Assembly: GCA_965197285.1 (NCBI GenBank)
Contig: OZ240092.1
Location: forward strand, 3,947,337-4,011,336
Source of the DNA: Acidobacteriota bacterium
GTDB taxonomy: Bacteria > Acidobacteriota > UBA6911 > RPQK01 > CBDAPI01
Direction of reading: 5' to 3'
DNA length: 64,000 bases
Shown: positions 54,558-63,357 of the stretch, piece by piece
Position numbering within the stretch: the stretch's first letter is position 1
Layout: every line of letters begins with the position of its first letter
Notes under the pieces: generated by a model
Told to the model about the DNA's origin: nothing
Databases searched by the model: none
The model's input: only the letters and a program-made list of their open reading frames with translations
Program-made: the position numbers and the translations under genes

Positions 54558-55528
54558 GATGGATCCGCGGTCTTGCGCCGGTACTTGAGCCAGTTCCGCT
54601 CCAGATGAAGCCGGACTTCACTGCTGCTTACAGTGCGGCCCCCCTGGATCCTCTTTCGTTTTCTAACGACGGTGCGGCTCGCTTTGAGAGCATCCAGTTT
54701 CGCCCGCACAAAGGCTGTCCCCCGTCCCTGACTGAAAAAGAAAAGGAGTGCGAGGAGATTGAAGAGGGCTCTTTCTGGAAGATAAAAGAGCAGCAGCCGG
54801 GTCGGCATGTTCTTCCAGAACACGAATTCCGAGTTTCTGTGGCCGTGAAAGACATAGGAATCAGTAAACGTTCCAATGCTGCTGTTCACGCCATGAAGCA
54901 CGCGGGCATCAGCCACATAGAGGCAGCGAAAGCCCATCAACCTGGCTCTGAAGTTCAAATCGGCGTCCTCGTAGACCAGGAAAAAGTCAGGGTCGAATCC
55001 TCCTACGGTTTCCAGGAGACTCCTCCGATACAGTGCGGCCGCAGCACAGGGCCCGAATACTTCCCGCGTTTCCAGATGCTGGTCGACCGGGTCGCCATGG
55101 CCGATCTTGAAGGCAGATCCGACGACAGCCATACCGTCTCCGGCACTGTCGATGACACCCGGTGGGGAGGCAAACTCGATTCTGGAAGCCCAGAAGGACC
55201 ACTCTGGGGAATCGTGATCGAGCAGGGTCTTCAACCAGTCCGAATCGAGCACGACGTCATTGTTCAGGATGGCGATCAAATCCCCACGGGATCTCTCGAT
55301 GCCGGCGTTGCACCCGGCCGGGTAGCCGACGTTGTCAGAAAGAGGAAGTACCCTGAGACGTGCGTCTTTGATCGGGTTCAGGATGTCCAGGCTTCGATCT
55401 GCCGAATGGTTGTCAACGACTATGACCTCCCCCGGGGGGGATGACTGGGAGAGGATCGAGTCTACACAGCTCTGGAGAAATTGTTTCCCGTTGTAGTTCA
55501 CAACTACAACTGACACCGATGGCGGCAC
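54554..55528 (-). CDS. GT2-family glycosyltransferase
   Basis: VSVVVVNYNGKQFLQSCV...VIVVDNHSAD; 4-bp overlap with the downstream gene. Confidence 0.85.
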   Translation of the reverse strand: MPPSVSVVVVNYNGKQFLQSCVDSILSQSSPPGEVIVVDNHSADRSLDILNPIKDARLRVLPLSDNVGYPAGCNAGIERSRGDLIAILNNDVVLDSDWLKTLLDHDSPEWSFWASRIEFASPPGVIDSAGDGMAVVGSAFKIGHGDPVDQHLETREVFGPCAAAALYRRSLLETVGGFDPDFFLVYEDADLNFRARLMGFRCLYVADARVLHGVNSSIGTFTDSYVFHGHRNSEFVFWKNMPTRLLLFYLPERALFNLLALLFFFSQGRGTAFVRAKLDALKASRTVVRKRKRIQGGRTVSSSEVRLHLERNWLKYRRKTADPS

Positions 55529-55580
55529 GACCGTATATTATAATTTAGCGGCAGTGGCTGCGGGCGGATTGGGAGAAAAA

Positions 55581-57047
55581 ATGAAAGCGGGTCAAGCGAG
55601 TATGGCGGCTGGTGTCCGCACGGTCCCTGCCGGAGCGAATGGGACTCTCGACTCGGTTGTCTCCAATCGGCTCTTTCTCGTCTTAGTCGATCTGTCGATC
55701 GGGTGCCTGGCCTATCTCGCGGCTTGGCTGGTTCGCATTCACCTTCACATCCCCTTTACCCAGGAGCTGATCGGCCAGACGCGATGGCTGGTGGTCAGTC
55801 ATCCCTGGATCATGCTGGTCTTCACCCAGCTCTTCTTTCCCTATCTGATGGGCCTGTACGATGACCTCCGGCAGGTACGAAAACGGGAGCTGGTAACGGT
55901 TACGTTCATCGCCTGTGTCATGCAGGTGTCGCTGGTCACGTCGACCCTGTTTTTCCTGAATCCTCAGACGCCGGGAGAGACGGAAGGGCTCTTCCCCAGG
56001 ACCGTCATCGTCCTTTTCGGCGGCTTCAACCTGGTCGGCCTTCTTGCCTGGCGGGCGTACCTGCGAAGTCGAGTCAGAAAGCGGACGCGCCGCATTCTGG
56101 TGGTGGGGAGACGTTACGGCCATGCCAGCGAACTGCTGGAGAATGTGGCCCGGAGCCCGGGGGGCGAGATCGTCGGACTCGTCCTGGAGCGTCCTGATAC
56201 CGGCCCAGAGGGTGGCTCGAAGTATCCGGTGCTGGGAGACGTTTCCAACGTCGGCGAGATTGTTGATCATTTCGGGGTAGACGAAATCGTCTTTTGCTCA
56301 GCTCCATCCTGGCGCGATCGGGTACTGAACCGTTTGTGCCAGTTGCAGGAGGAATCGCGGGTAAACATCGGGATTCACCCCTCGCCATTCGACATCACGA
56401 TCGGAAAGCTGAGGCATATCAACATCCACGATACTCCCCTGATTGAAGTCAAGGAGAACCCCAACGAACCTTTCGAACGGTTCCTGAAACGCGCTTTTGA
56501 TCTGACTGTTGCCAGTGCTGCATTGATTCTCACTGCACCTCTTATGCTTGTGATTGGCGGACTGGTCAGGCTCACTTCCAAAGGGCCGGCTTTCTATGTC
56601 CAGGAGCGGGTAGGGCAGCATGGAGCCCCTTTCCGCCTATTCAAATTTCGGACCATGGTCGTCCACGCGGAAAAAGCGTCCGGCGTCACCCTGGCGGTTC
56701 CCAACGACCCTCGTGTCACCCGTTTTGGACGCATCCTGCGCCGCTCCCGGCTGGATGAACTGCCTCAGATCTGGAATGTGATCAGAGGTGATATGAGCTT
56801 CGTTGGTCCTCGCCCCGAGCGTCCCTATTTTGTGGGTGACTTTGAAAAAAGCGTGCCGGGCTATGCAGAGCGACACAGGGTGAAACCCGGGATGACAGGC
56901 CTGGCCCAGGTTCGCAGTTTCTACGACACTCGGCCGGAGAGCAAGCTCAAATACGATCTTGCGTACATCTACAACTACAGTCTGTCACTCGATCTTCTGA
57001 TTCTGCTCGAGACCCTGAAAGTGATCCTCACCCGCCGGGGAAGTTAG
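55581..57047 (+). CDS. polyprenyl-phosphate hexose-1-phosphate transferase (WbaP/EpsB-like priming sugar transferase)
   Basis: N-terminal TM block plus C-terminal bacterial sugar transferase domain (KRAFDLTVAS...RLFKFRTM...DELPQIWNVIRGDMSFVGPRPERP). Confidence 0.85.
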   Translation: MKAGQASMAAGVRTVPAGANGTLDSVVSNRLFLVLVDLSIGCLAYLAAWLVRIHLHIPFTQELIGQTRWLVVSHPWIMLVFTQLFFPYLMGLYDDLRQVRKRELVTVTFIACVMQVSLVTSTLFFLNPQTPGETEGLFPRTVIVLFGGFNLVGLLAWRAYLRSRVRKRTRRILVVGRRYGHASELLENVARSPGGEIVGLVLERPDTGPEGGSKYPVLGDVSNVGEIVDHFGVDEIVFCSAPSWRDRVLNRLCQLQEESRVNIGIHPSPFDITIGKLRHINIHDTPLIEVKENPNEPFERFLKRAFDLTVASAALILTAPLMLVIGGLVRLTSKGPAFYVQERVGQHGAPFRLFKFRTMVVHAEKASGVTLAVPNDPRVTRFGRILRRSRLDELPQIWNVIRGDMSFVGPRPERPYFVGDFEKSVPGYAERHRVKPGMTGLAQVRSFYDTRPESKLKYDLAYIYNYSLSLDLLILLETLKVILTRRGS

Positions 57048-57062
57048 CGTTCCACCTTCCAA

Positions 57063-57183
57063 GAGTGGGAGGAGGCCTCCTCAGGGCCGCGACCGCCGGG
57101 CTGTGTCAAGAAAGAGTGGGCAGGGCCCCGGGGCAGCGACCGTTTAAATACCCCCGGGAGTCGCCACGGGGCCCTGCCCACTC
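57063..57183. repeat. GC-rich palindromic REP-like element, composite: partial A-type arm plus complete B-type 70-bp palindrome with TTTAAA centre
   Basis: GAGTGGGAGGAGGCCTCCTCAGGGCCGCG... then GAGTGGGCAGGGCCCCGGGGCAGCGACCGTTTAAATACCCCCGGGAGTCGCCACGGGGCCCTGCCCACTC. Confidence 0.7.
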
Positions 57184-57194
57184 TTTCGTCCTGG

Positions 57195-58169
57195 TCAGGC
57201 TTCCGACCCGCCAGCCGCATGGTGCCTGACGACACTCTGGATAGTCCGGTCCAGGTCATAGGACGGTGAAAACCTGATCGCCTCGCGCAGTTTTCGCAAA
57301 TCGGGGACGCGCCGCCGCATGTCCTCGAAGCCGGGCGCGTAGGCTTCTTCGTAAGGAATGAAGCTGATTCGAGACGAGCTGTTTGTCCTCTCGATCACCC
57401 GGTCGGCCAGTTCCTTGATGGTGACCTCTTCATTAGAGCCGACATTGTAGACCTCCCCGGCGGTTTGCTCCTTCATCAGAAGGTCAATGAGGGCACCCAC
57501 TGCATCCCTAACGTGGCAGAAACACCGCGACTGGCTCCCGTCGCCGAACACAGTGAGCGGTCTGTTGGCCATGGCCTGGCGGACGAAGTTGGGCAGCACC
57601 ATCCCGTAGCGTCCCACCTGGCGGGGTCCAACCGTATTGAAGAGGCGCACGATGGTCACGGGAACGCGTCTCTCCGTCCAGTAGGCCAGGCCCAGGAACT
57701 CGTCGATCGCCTTACTGCAGGCGTAGCTCCAGCGGGTCCGGTTGGTGGGTCCAAGGACGAGATCATCGTCCTCGGAAAACGGTATCTTGGCACTCTTGCC
57801 ATACACCTCGGAGGTGGAGGCAAGCAGGACTCTCTTCCTGTCCCTTTCTGCCAGTTCCAGCACCGCCTCGGTTCCCTTGACGTTGGTTTCAATGGTGCCG
57901 ACAGGATCACTGACGATCAGCTGAACCCCGACAGCGGCCGCCAGATGGACTACAGCATCACAGTCCTTCATCATCCGGGACAGGAGGGTGGCGTTGAGCA
58001 CGGTATCGACCTCGAGCCGAAAGGAGGGATGTTGCAGGAGCGGCTGCACGTTTTCCAGCCGACCCGTGGAGAGATCGTCCACTACGTCGACGAGATGACC
58101 CTTCCCCAGCAGTTCTTCAGCAACGTGCGACCCGATAAAACCGGCACCGCCGGTGACCAGAACTCTCAT
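57195..58169 (-). CDS. NAD-dependent nucleotide-sugar epimerase/dehydratase (SDR family)
   Basis: VLVTGGAGFIGSHV Rossmann motif and YACSK catalytic motif. Confidence 0.85.
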   Translation of the reverse strand: MRVLVTGGAGFIGSHVAEELLGKGHLVDVVDDLSTGRLENVQPLLQHPSFRLEVDTVLNATLLSRMMKDCDAVVHLAAAVGVQLIVSDPVGTIETNVKGTEAVLELAERDRKRVLLASTSEVYGKSAKIPFSEDDDLVLGPTNRTRWSYACSKAIDEFLGLAYWTERRVPVTIVRLFNTVGPRQVGRYGMVLPNFVRQAMANRPLTVFGDGSQSRCFCHVRDAVGALIDLLMKEQTAGEVYNVGSNEEVTIKELADRVIERTNSSSRISFIPYEEAYAPGFEDMRRRVPDLRKLREAIRFSPSYDLDRTIQSVVRHHAAGGSEA

Positions 58170-58254
58170 GGGACTTCTACCCTTCTACTTCACGCCGGTT
58201 TCCCGCTCAAGGAAGTTCCCCGCCGGATGGTATAATCTCGGCCCCTGCGGGGTG

Positions 58255-59188
58255 ATGAAGAGAATATCTGTAGTTGTACCCTTATTCAATGAAAAGGACT
58301 CCCTGGATCAGCTCTATGCTGAACTGGTCGAAGTGGCGCAACAGCTCCCCTACGAATTCGAGTTCCTCTTCGTTGACGACGGGAGTACCGACGGGTCCAG
58401 CCAGGCCCTGCGGCGACTCTTCCGATCTGATTCCCGCCTGCAGGTCATTCGTTTTCGGCGCAACTTCGGAAAGTCGGCGGCCTTGTCGGCGGGCTTTTCG
58501 CTGGCACGTGGTGATGTTATTGTCACATTGGACGCGGATCTTCAGGACAAACCGGCCGAAATAGGGAAAGCTGCTGACACGGCTCGAAGAGGGCTACGAT
58601 CTGGTATCCGGCTGGAAGCGGGTACGCCGGGACCCGCTCACCAAGCGATGGCCCTCCTGGCTCTTCAATCTTGCGACCTCCGTGTTGACCGGGGTGCCGC
58701 TGCACGACATCAATTGTGGGTTCAAAGCCTACCGGAGGGAAGTCATCAAAGAGGTCCGGGTCTATGGGGAGATGCACCGGTTTATTCCGGTGCTGGCCAG
58801 TTATCGAGGATTTCGGGTCGGCGAGGTCTGGGTGGAACATCGCTCGCGCGTCTATGGATCCAGCAAGTTCGGTGCCGGGCGCTTCGTCAGTGGCTTTTTC
58901 GATCTGCTGACCGTGATCATGCTGACCCGTTATAACAGCAAGCCGCTGCACGTTTTCGGGGTGCTCGGGGTACTGTCGTTCGCGGCCGGCTTCGCCATCG
59001 AGGTGTACCTGTCCGTAGGCTGGTTCCTGGGTCGCTGGATTGGGGACAGGCCCCTTTTCTTTCTGGGCATCGTCCTTCTTCTGGGGGGGGTCCAATTTGT
59101 CTTTTTCGGCCTGCTGGCTGAGATGATTGCCTACTCCGCGCGCAGACAAGACGAGTACTCCATTCAGGAACTCCTTCGGGCCGAGTAA
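58255..59188 (+). pseudogene. GtrB/ArnC-like polyprenyl-phosphate glycosyltransferase (GT2 plus C-terminal TM helices) with a +1 frameshift near 58565-58570
   Basis: MKRISVVVPLFNE...DADLQDKPAEI in one frame; the expected continuation KLLTRLEEGYDLVSGWKRVRRDPLTKRWPSWLFNLATSVLTGVPLHDINCGFKAY is in the next frame, then TM helices; indel in GGGAAAG. Confidence 0.65.
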
Positions 59189-59195
59189 GTATTCA

Positions 59196-60386
59196 ATGAG
59201 GATCGCGCTGATCGGTCCAACCCATCCGTTCAGGGGCGGGATCGCACACTACACGACCTGCCTCAACGAGGAGCTCCGGCGGCACCACGAGACCCTACTG
59301 ATTTCGTTTTCCAGGCAGTATCCCGAACTACTGTTCCCAGGTCGGACGCAGGAGGATTCGAGTTCACGCTATCTGTCGACTCCGTCAGAGCCCATTTTGA
59401 ATCCCTTTTCCCCGCGGAGCTGGCGTGCCGTAGCCAGGCGTCTCAGACAATTCTCTCCCAGAGCCGTGGTCTTTCAGTGGTGGCACCCGTACTTCGGTCC
59501 GGGCTACTCGTCTATCATGAGACGCGTCAACCGAGACCGGCACATCGATCAACTCTTCCTTTGCCACAATGTCTTCCCCCACGAGATACCCCGGTTCCCC
59601 GGCTCATCGTGGCTGGTAAGACGAGTGATTTCCCGGGCTTTTCGGAGAGTCGACGGGTTTCTTGTCCATTCAGCGGGATTGTCGCGTCAGGTGAAAGCGT
59701 TGAATCCGGGAACTGTAGTTCATCGAATCCTGCACCCTTCCTACGACTTCTTCAACCGACTCGACAATGGCAGTAAAACGTCGGTCGGGCCCAGAGAAAC
59801 AAATGAGTTACGGTTGCTTTTCTTTGGGAAGATTCGAGCCTACAAAGGCCTGGAGGTGTTTCTGAGAGCTCTTGCCCGGCTCGCCGGCAGGGTGGACTTT
59901 CGAGCTACCGTAGCAGGCGAATTCTACATCGACGAATCGCCCTTTAAGCGTATGGCTGAGGACGAGGGCATCTCGGACCGCGTGGTCTGGCACGATCGCT
60001 ACATCCCCAACGAAGAGGTCGGACCGCTCTTTCGTGAGACGGATCTGGTCGTACTGCCGTATCTGGAGGCCACCCAGAGCGGTGTAGTGCCCCTGGCCTT
60101 TCATTTCCTCAAGCCGGTCGTTGTGAGCGATGTGGGCGGGCTGGCCGAGGTCGTTACGGATGGCGAAAGCGGATACCTGGTTCCCCCCGGTGATCCGGAT
60201 GCCCTGGCTGACGCCATCGTGCGCTTCCAGAGAGACCTGCAAGGCACGTCGTTCGAGCCCCACATCCGCCGGGCCCGGGAGAGGCTTTCCTGGGGACAGG
60301 TCGCTGACGGACTCCGAGCCCTGCTTGATTCCTTGCGTTCACGGCAATTGGAACGGCGGGACATCAATCATGGCGGGGAGCACTAA
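59196..60386 (+). CDS. GT4-family glycosyltransferase
   Basis: MRIALIGPTHPFRGGIAHYT N-terminus; C-terminal LPYLEATQSGV (E-x7-E-like) region. Confidence 0.8.
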   Translation: MRIALIGPTHPFRGGIAHYTTCLNEELRRHHETLLISFSRQYPELLFPGRTQEDSSSRYLSTPSEPILNPFSPRSWRAVARRLRQFSPRAVVFQWWHPYFGPGYSSIMRRVNRDRHIDQLFLCHNVFPHEIPRFPGSSWLVRRVISRAFRRVDGFLVHSAGLSRQVKALNPGTVVHRILHPSYDFFNRLDNGSKTSVGPRETNELRLLFFGKIRAYKGLEVFLRALARLAGRVDFRATVAGEFYIDESPFKRMAEDEGISDRVVWHDRYIPNEEVGPLFRETDLVVLPYLEATQSGVVPLAFHFLKPVVVSDVGGLAEVVTDGESGYLVPPGDPDALADAIVRFQRDLQGTSFEPHIRRARERLSWGQVADGLRALLDSLRSRQLERRDINHGGEH

Positions 60387-62571
60387 GGTGGCAGAAGCAA
60401 CCCGGGGGCGACACTCGACGCGCACTCGGGTCACCCTCTTGTGCCTCCTGCTGGCTGCCGTCGTCCTGTCTGCTGGTTCCAATACGCTCCACCATGGCTT
60501 CGTCTTCGACGACGTCACCCTGATTCAGCAGAACACGGACGTGACGGAGTTGAACTGGGGGAGGATCCTGGGCAGAACCGGCTATCGGCCGATTCGCACC
60601 CTCACCTACGCGCTGAATTTCGCCTTGGGAGGCACGAATCCTTTCGGCTACCACCTCTTCAACGTTCTGCTGCACGCGGCCAACGCGATCCTGACCTTCT
60701 TTTTGTTTCGCCACCTGCTGGGAAGGCTGGACGTGTCGTTTCTGGGCGCGATGCTTTTTGCAGTGCACCCCGTGCAGACGGCGTCGGTTGCCTATGTTTC
60801 GGGTCGCAAGGACCTGCTGGCGGCGTTCTTCCTGCTTCTGGCCGCACTTCTGTATGTAGGGTGGAGGCGGCGGGGAGGCCGGGTGAGGGCGGCGTTCACA
60901 GGCCTGTCTCTTGCTCTGGCTGTTCTTTCCAAGGAGGTGGCGGTCGTATTCCCGGCTCTCCTCGTGCTCATCGATTTTTTCGGGGCACCTGAGGGACGGC
61001 GGCACCGGGACGGCAAGAGTTTGAAGGAAGCGCTCAAGAAATCCGCACGGCTTTACATTTTGCTGGCCACAGTCGCTCTTGCAGCTGCTTACTATACGGT
61101 CGTCTGGACCGAGGCCAGCCGTATGGCCGGCTACTGGGGAGGGAGCCTGACCGCCCAGTGGGCCACGTCTTTCAAGCTCTTTGTCCACTATCTGAGGCTG
61201 GCCTTCGTGCCCTACCCCCTGCTGGCCGACTACACCGGCGTGTTCCCGGTTTCCACCGGTTTCACAGAACCGGCTACCGTCTTGTGCGTGCTCGTTTTTG
61301 CCGCCTATCTGGGACTGGCGCTGAGGTTGTGCCGTCGCTATCCACTGGTCACCCTCGGAATGGGATGGTTCCTGGTTCCTTTGCTCCCCGTACTTCAAGT
61401 CGTGGGCTTCCATGAGATCGCGGCCGATCATTTCCTCTACTTGCCGATGATCGGGGCCAGCCTGATCTTCGGCCATCTCGGTGCTCTGGCTGGCTCTTCT
61501 CGAAACACCAATGTTCTGGCCTGGGCGTTCCTGCTGATCGTGTTTGCGGTTTGCTCGATCCTTACCGTTTCCCGCAACCGGGTGTGGGCCAGCCAGCAGA
61601 CGCTGTGGGAAGACACCTATGAGAAAGCCCCGGGATCCTACCGGGCCAACGCCAACCTGGGGCAACTCTACTGGGCCCGCTTCGAGCAGGACCCGATGCG
61701 GAACTCCCAGCTCCGCGCACGGGCGATTCGGCTGCTGGAGCGGGCGGCCGAACTCGACCCCACCGACTCGCTGCCGCTGTCCAACCTGGGTGCGATCTAC
61801 CGTGAATGGGGATGGAACGAGTGGAAGAAGGGCAACCAGGAAGTTGCGGAGGCGCGGGAAAGGCGTGCCCTAGGCTATCTGTCTCGAGCCGTCTCGCTCG
61901 ATCCCGAGGACGTCTGGGCGTATAGCAACCTCGGAGATGTTCGCAAGGATCTGGGCCTGATCTGGTCGCGGCGGGCGAATCCCATCCAGGCCGAGACGGA
62001 AAGGCGGCTGGCGATCGAGGCCTACGAGAAGGCGATCTCTCTGGGTTCCCCCAATCCCCGATTTCCTCTGGTTTACTTCAAGCTAGCCATGGTCAAGGTC
62101 GATCAGAGACGGTTCGCTGAGGCTGTGCCCTGGCTGAAGAGATCAGTGAGGGCGCCCGGTCTGGCCAAAATGTGGGAGCTTCCCTATTGGATGGGATACT
62201 GCTATCTGGCTACGGGGAGGGTCTCTGCTGCCATTCCCCATCTGCGCCGAACGGTAGATCTGCGGCCCTACCCCGCCGGGCTGCGCCTCCTTGCCTACGC
62301 CCTGGAAGGCGTCGGGGAAGCGGAGGAAGCGATAGCCCTCTACGGCCAGGCCCTGCGACAGAATCCGCAATCTTTCGAGACTCATTATCTACTGGGTGCG
62401 GCTCTTCAGGGGCAGGGGAGGACGGATCTGGCCAGACAACACCTCTTGCGTGCCCTTCAACTCGTGGAGGGGCAGCCTCGGACGCCATCAACCAACGCGT
62501 TTCGTAGGGGTATCAAGCGACAGTTGGAAGAAGGTCGGAACGAGGACATGGCCCCCGATCCAGGCAAGTAG
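60370..62571 (+). CDS. TMTC/PMT-like GT-C membrane protein (DUF1736-type) with C-terminal TPR repeats
   Basis: start overlaps the GT4 stop; about 10 TM helices with FVFDDV...YRPIRTLTYALNF...YHLFNVLLHAAN loop, then TPR-like helices. Confidence 0.65.
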   Translation: MAGSTKVAEATRGRHSTRTRVTLLCLLLAAVVLSAGSNTLHHGFVFDDVTLIQQNTDVTELNWGRILGRTGYRPIRTLTYALNFALGGTNPFGYHLFNVLLHAANAILTFFLFRHLLGRLDVSFLGAMLFAVHPVQTASVAYVSGRKDLLAAFFLLLAALLYVGWRRRGGRVRAAFTGLSLALAVLSKEVAVVFPALLVLIDFFGAPEGRRHRDGKSLKEALKKSARLYILLATVALAAAYYTVVWTEASRMAGYWGGSLTAQWATSFKLFVHYLRLAFVPYPLLADYTGVFPVSTGFTEPATVLCVLVFAAYLGLALRLCRRYPLVTLGMGWFLVPLLPVLQVVGFHEIAADHFLYLPMIGASLIFGHLGALAGSSRNTNVLAWAFLLIVFAVCSILTVSRNRVWASQQTLWEDTYEKAPGSYRANANLGQLYWARFEQDPMRNSQLRARAIRLLERAAELDPTDSLPLSNLGAIYREWGWNEWKKGNQEVAEARERRALGYLSRAVSLDPEDVWAYSNLGDVRKDLGLIWSRRANPIQAETERRLAIEAYEKAISLGSPNPRFPLVYFKLAMVKVDQRRFAEAVPWLKRSVRAPGLAKMWELPYWMGYCYLATGRVSAAIPHLRRTVDLRPYPAGLRLLAYALEGVGEAEEAIALYGQALRQNPQSFETHYLLGAALQGQGRTDLARQHLLRALQLVEGQPRTPSTNAFRRGIKRQLEEGRNEDMAPDPGK

Positions 62572-62590
62572 GTACTAGAGGATTCGAGCT

Positions 62591-63265
62591 GTGTACGGCA
62601 AATACAAGGTAACCATTGTAATTCCCTGTCTCAACGAAGAGTCGGGCATTCGACAGGTTCTGGCCAGAATGCCCCAGTTCGTCGACGAGACCATTGTCGT
62701 CGACAACGGTTCTACGGACTCAACCGCCGAGATCGCCCATAAGATGGGTGCCCGCGTGATTCGCGAGGAGATTCGAGGCTACGGGCGGGCCTACCGGACG
62801 GGTTTGCTGCACGCGGCTGGGGATATCATCGTTACGCTGGACGGAGATCATTCCTACCCGGTGGATGCTGTTTCCTATCTGATCGAAGCGTTACTGGACT
62901 CCGGCGTGGGGTTCGTTTCGGCATCCAGGTTCCCGGTCCAGGATCGTGAGTCGATGTCGCTCACCAGCCTGGTGGGCAATATCTTCTTGAGCACGGTGAT
63001 GTCGGTCCTCTACCTGCGGAGGATTCGAGACTCCCAGTCGGGCATGTGGATCTTTTTCCGCAAGAGCCTCGAGCAGATGAACCTGACGAGCGACGGAATG
63101 GCCTTTTCGGAGGAAATCAAGATCGAGGCCCTGACGAACCCCGAGATCGGCTTGAAGGAAATACCCATCCGCTTTTCCAACCGCGAGGGCGAGAAAAAGT
63201 TGCAGCCCTGGCATGACGGTTGGAATAATCTTTTCTTTCTGATCAAGAAAAGGTTTCTTGGATAA
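62591..63265 (+). CDS. GT2 polyprenyl-phosphate sugar synthase (DPM1/DPG-synthase-like, soluble)
   Basis: VTIVIPCLNEESGI...VVDNGSTDST...VTLDGDHSYP GT2 DxD region. Confidence 0.8.
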   Translation: MYGKYKVTIVIPCLNEESGIRQVLARMPQFVDETIVVDNGSTDSTAEIAHKMGARVIREEIRGYGRAYRTGLLHAAGDIIVTLDGDHSYPVDAVSYLIEALLDSGVGFVSASRFPVQDRESMSLTSLVGNIFLSTVMSVLYLRRIRDSQSGMWIFFRKSLEQMNLTSDGMAFSEEIKIEALTNPEIGLKEIPIRFSNREGEKKLQPWHDGWNNLFFLIKKRFLG

Positions 63266-63357
63266 TGGATCGCGAAACGAGTTCTGATGCAGAGGCCGGG
63301 ATCCCTGATCCGTCGTTCTGTAACCGGGTCCCCCGTTGACCTGATGGAATGCGCACC

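Noticed and set aside
60364-61665. 433-aa - strand ORF
   Set aside because: Antisense to the TMTC-like membrane protein. The + strand shows coherent TM/TPR architecture.
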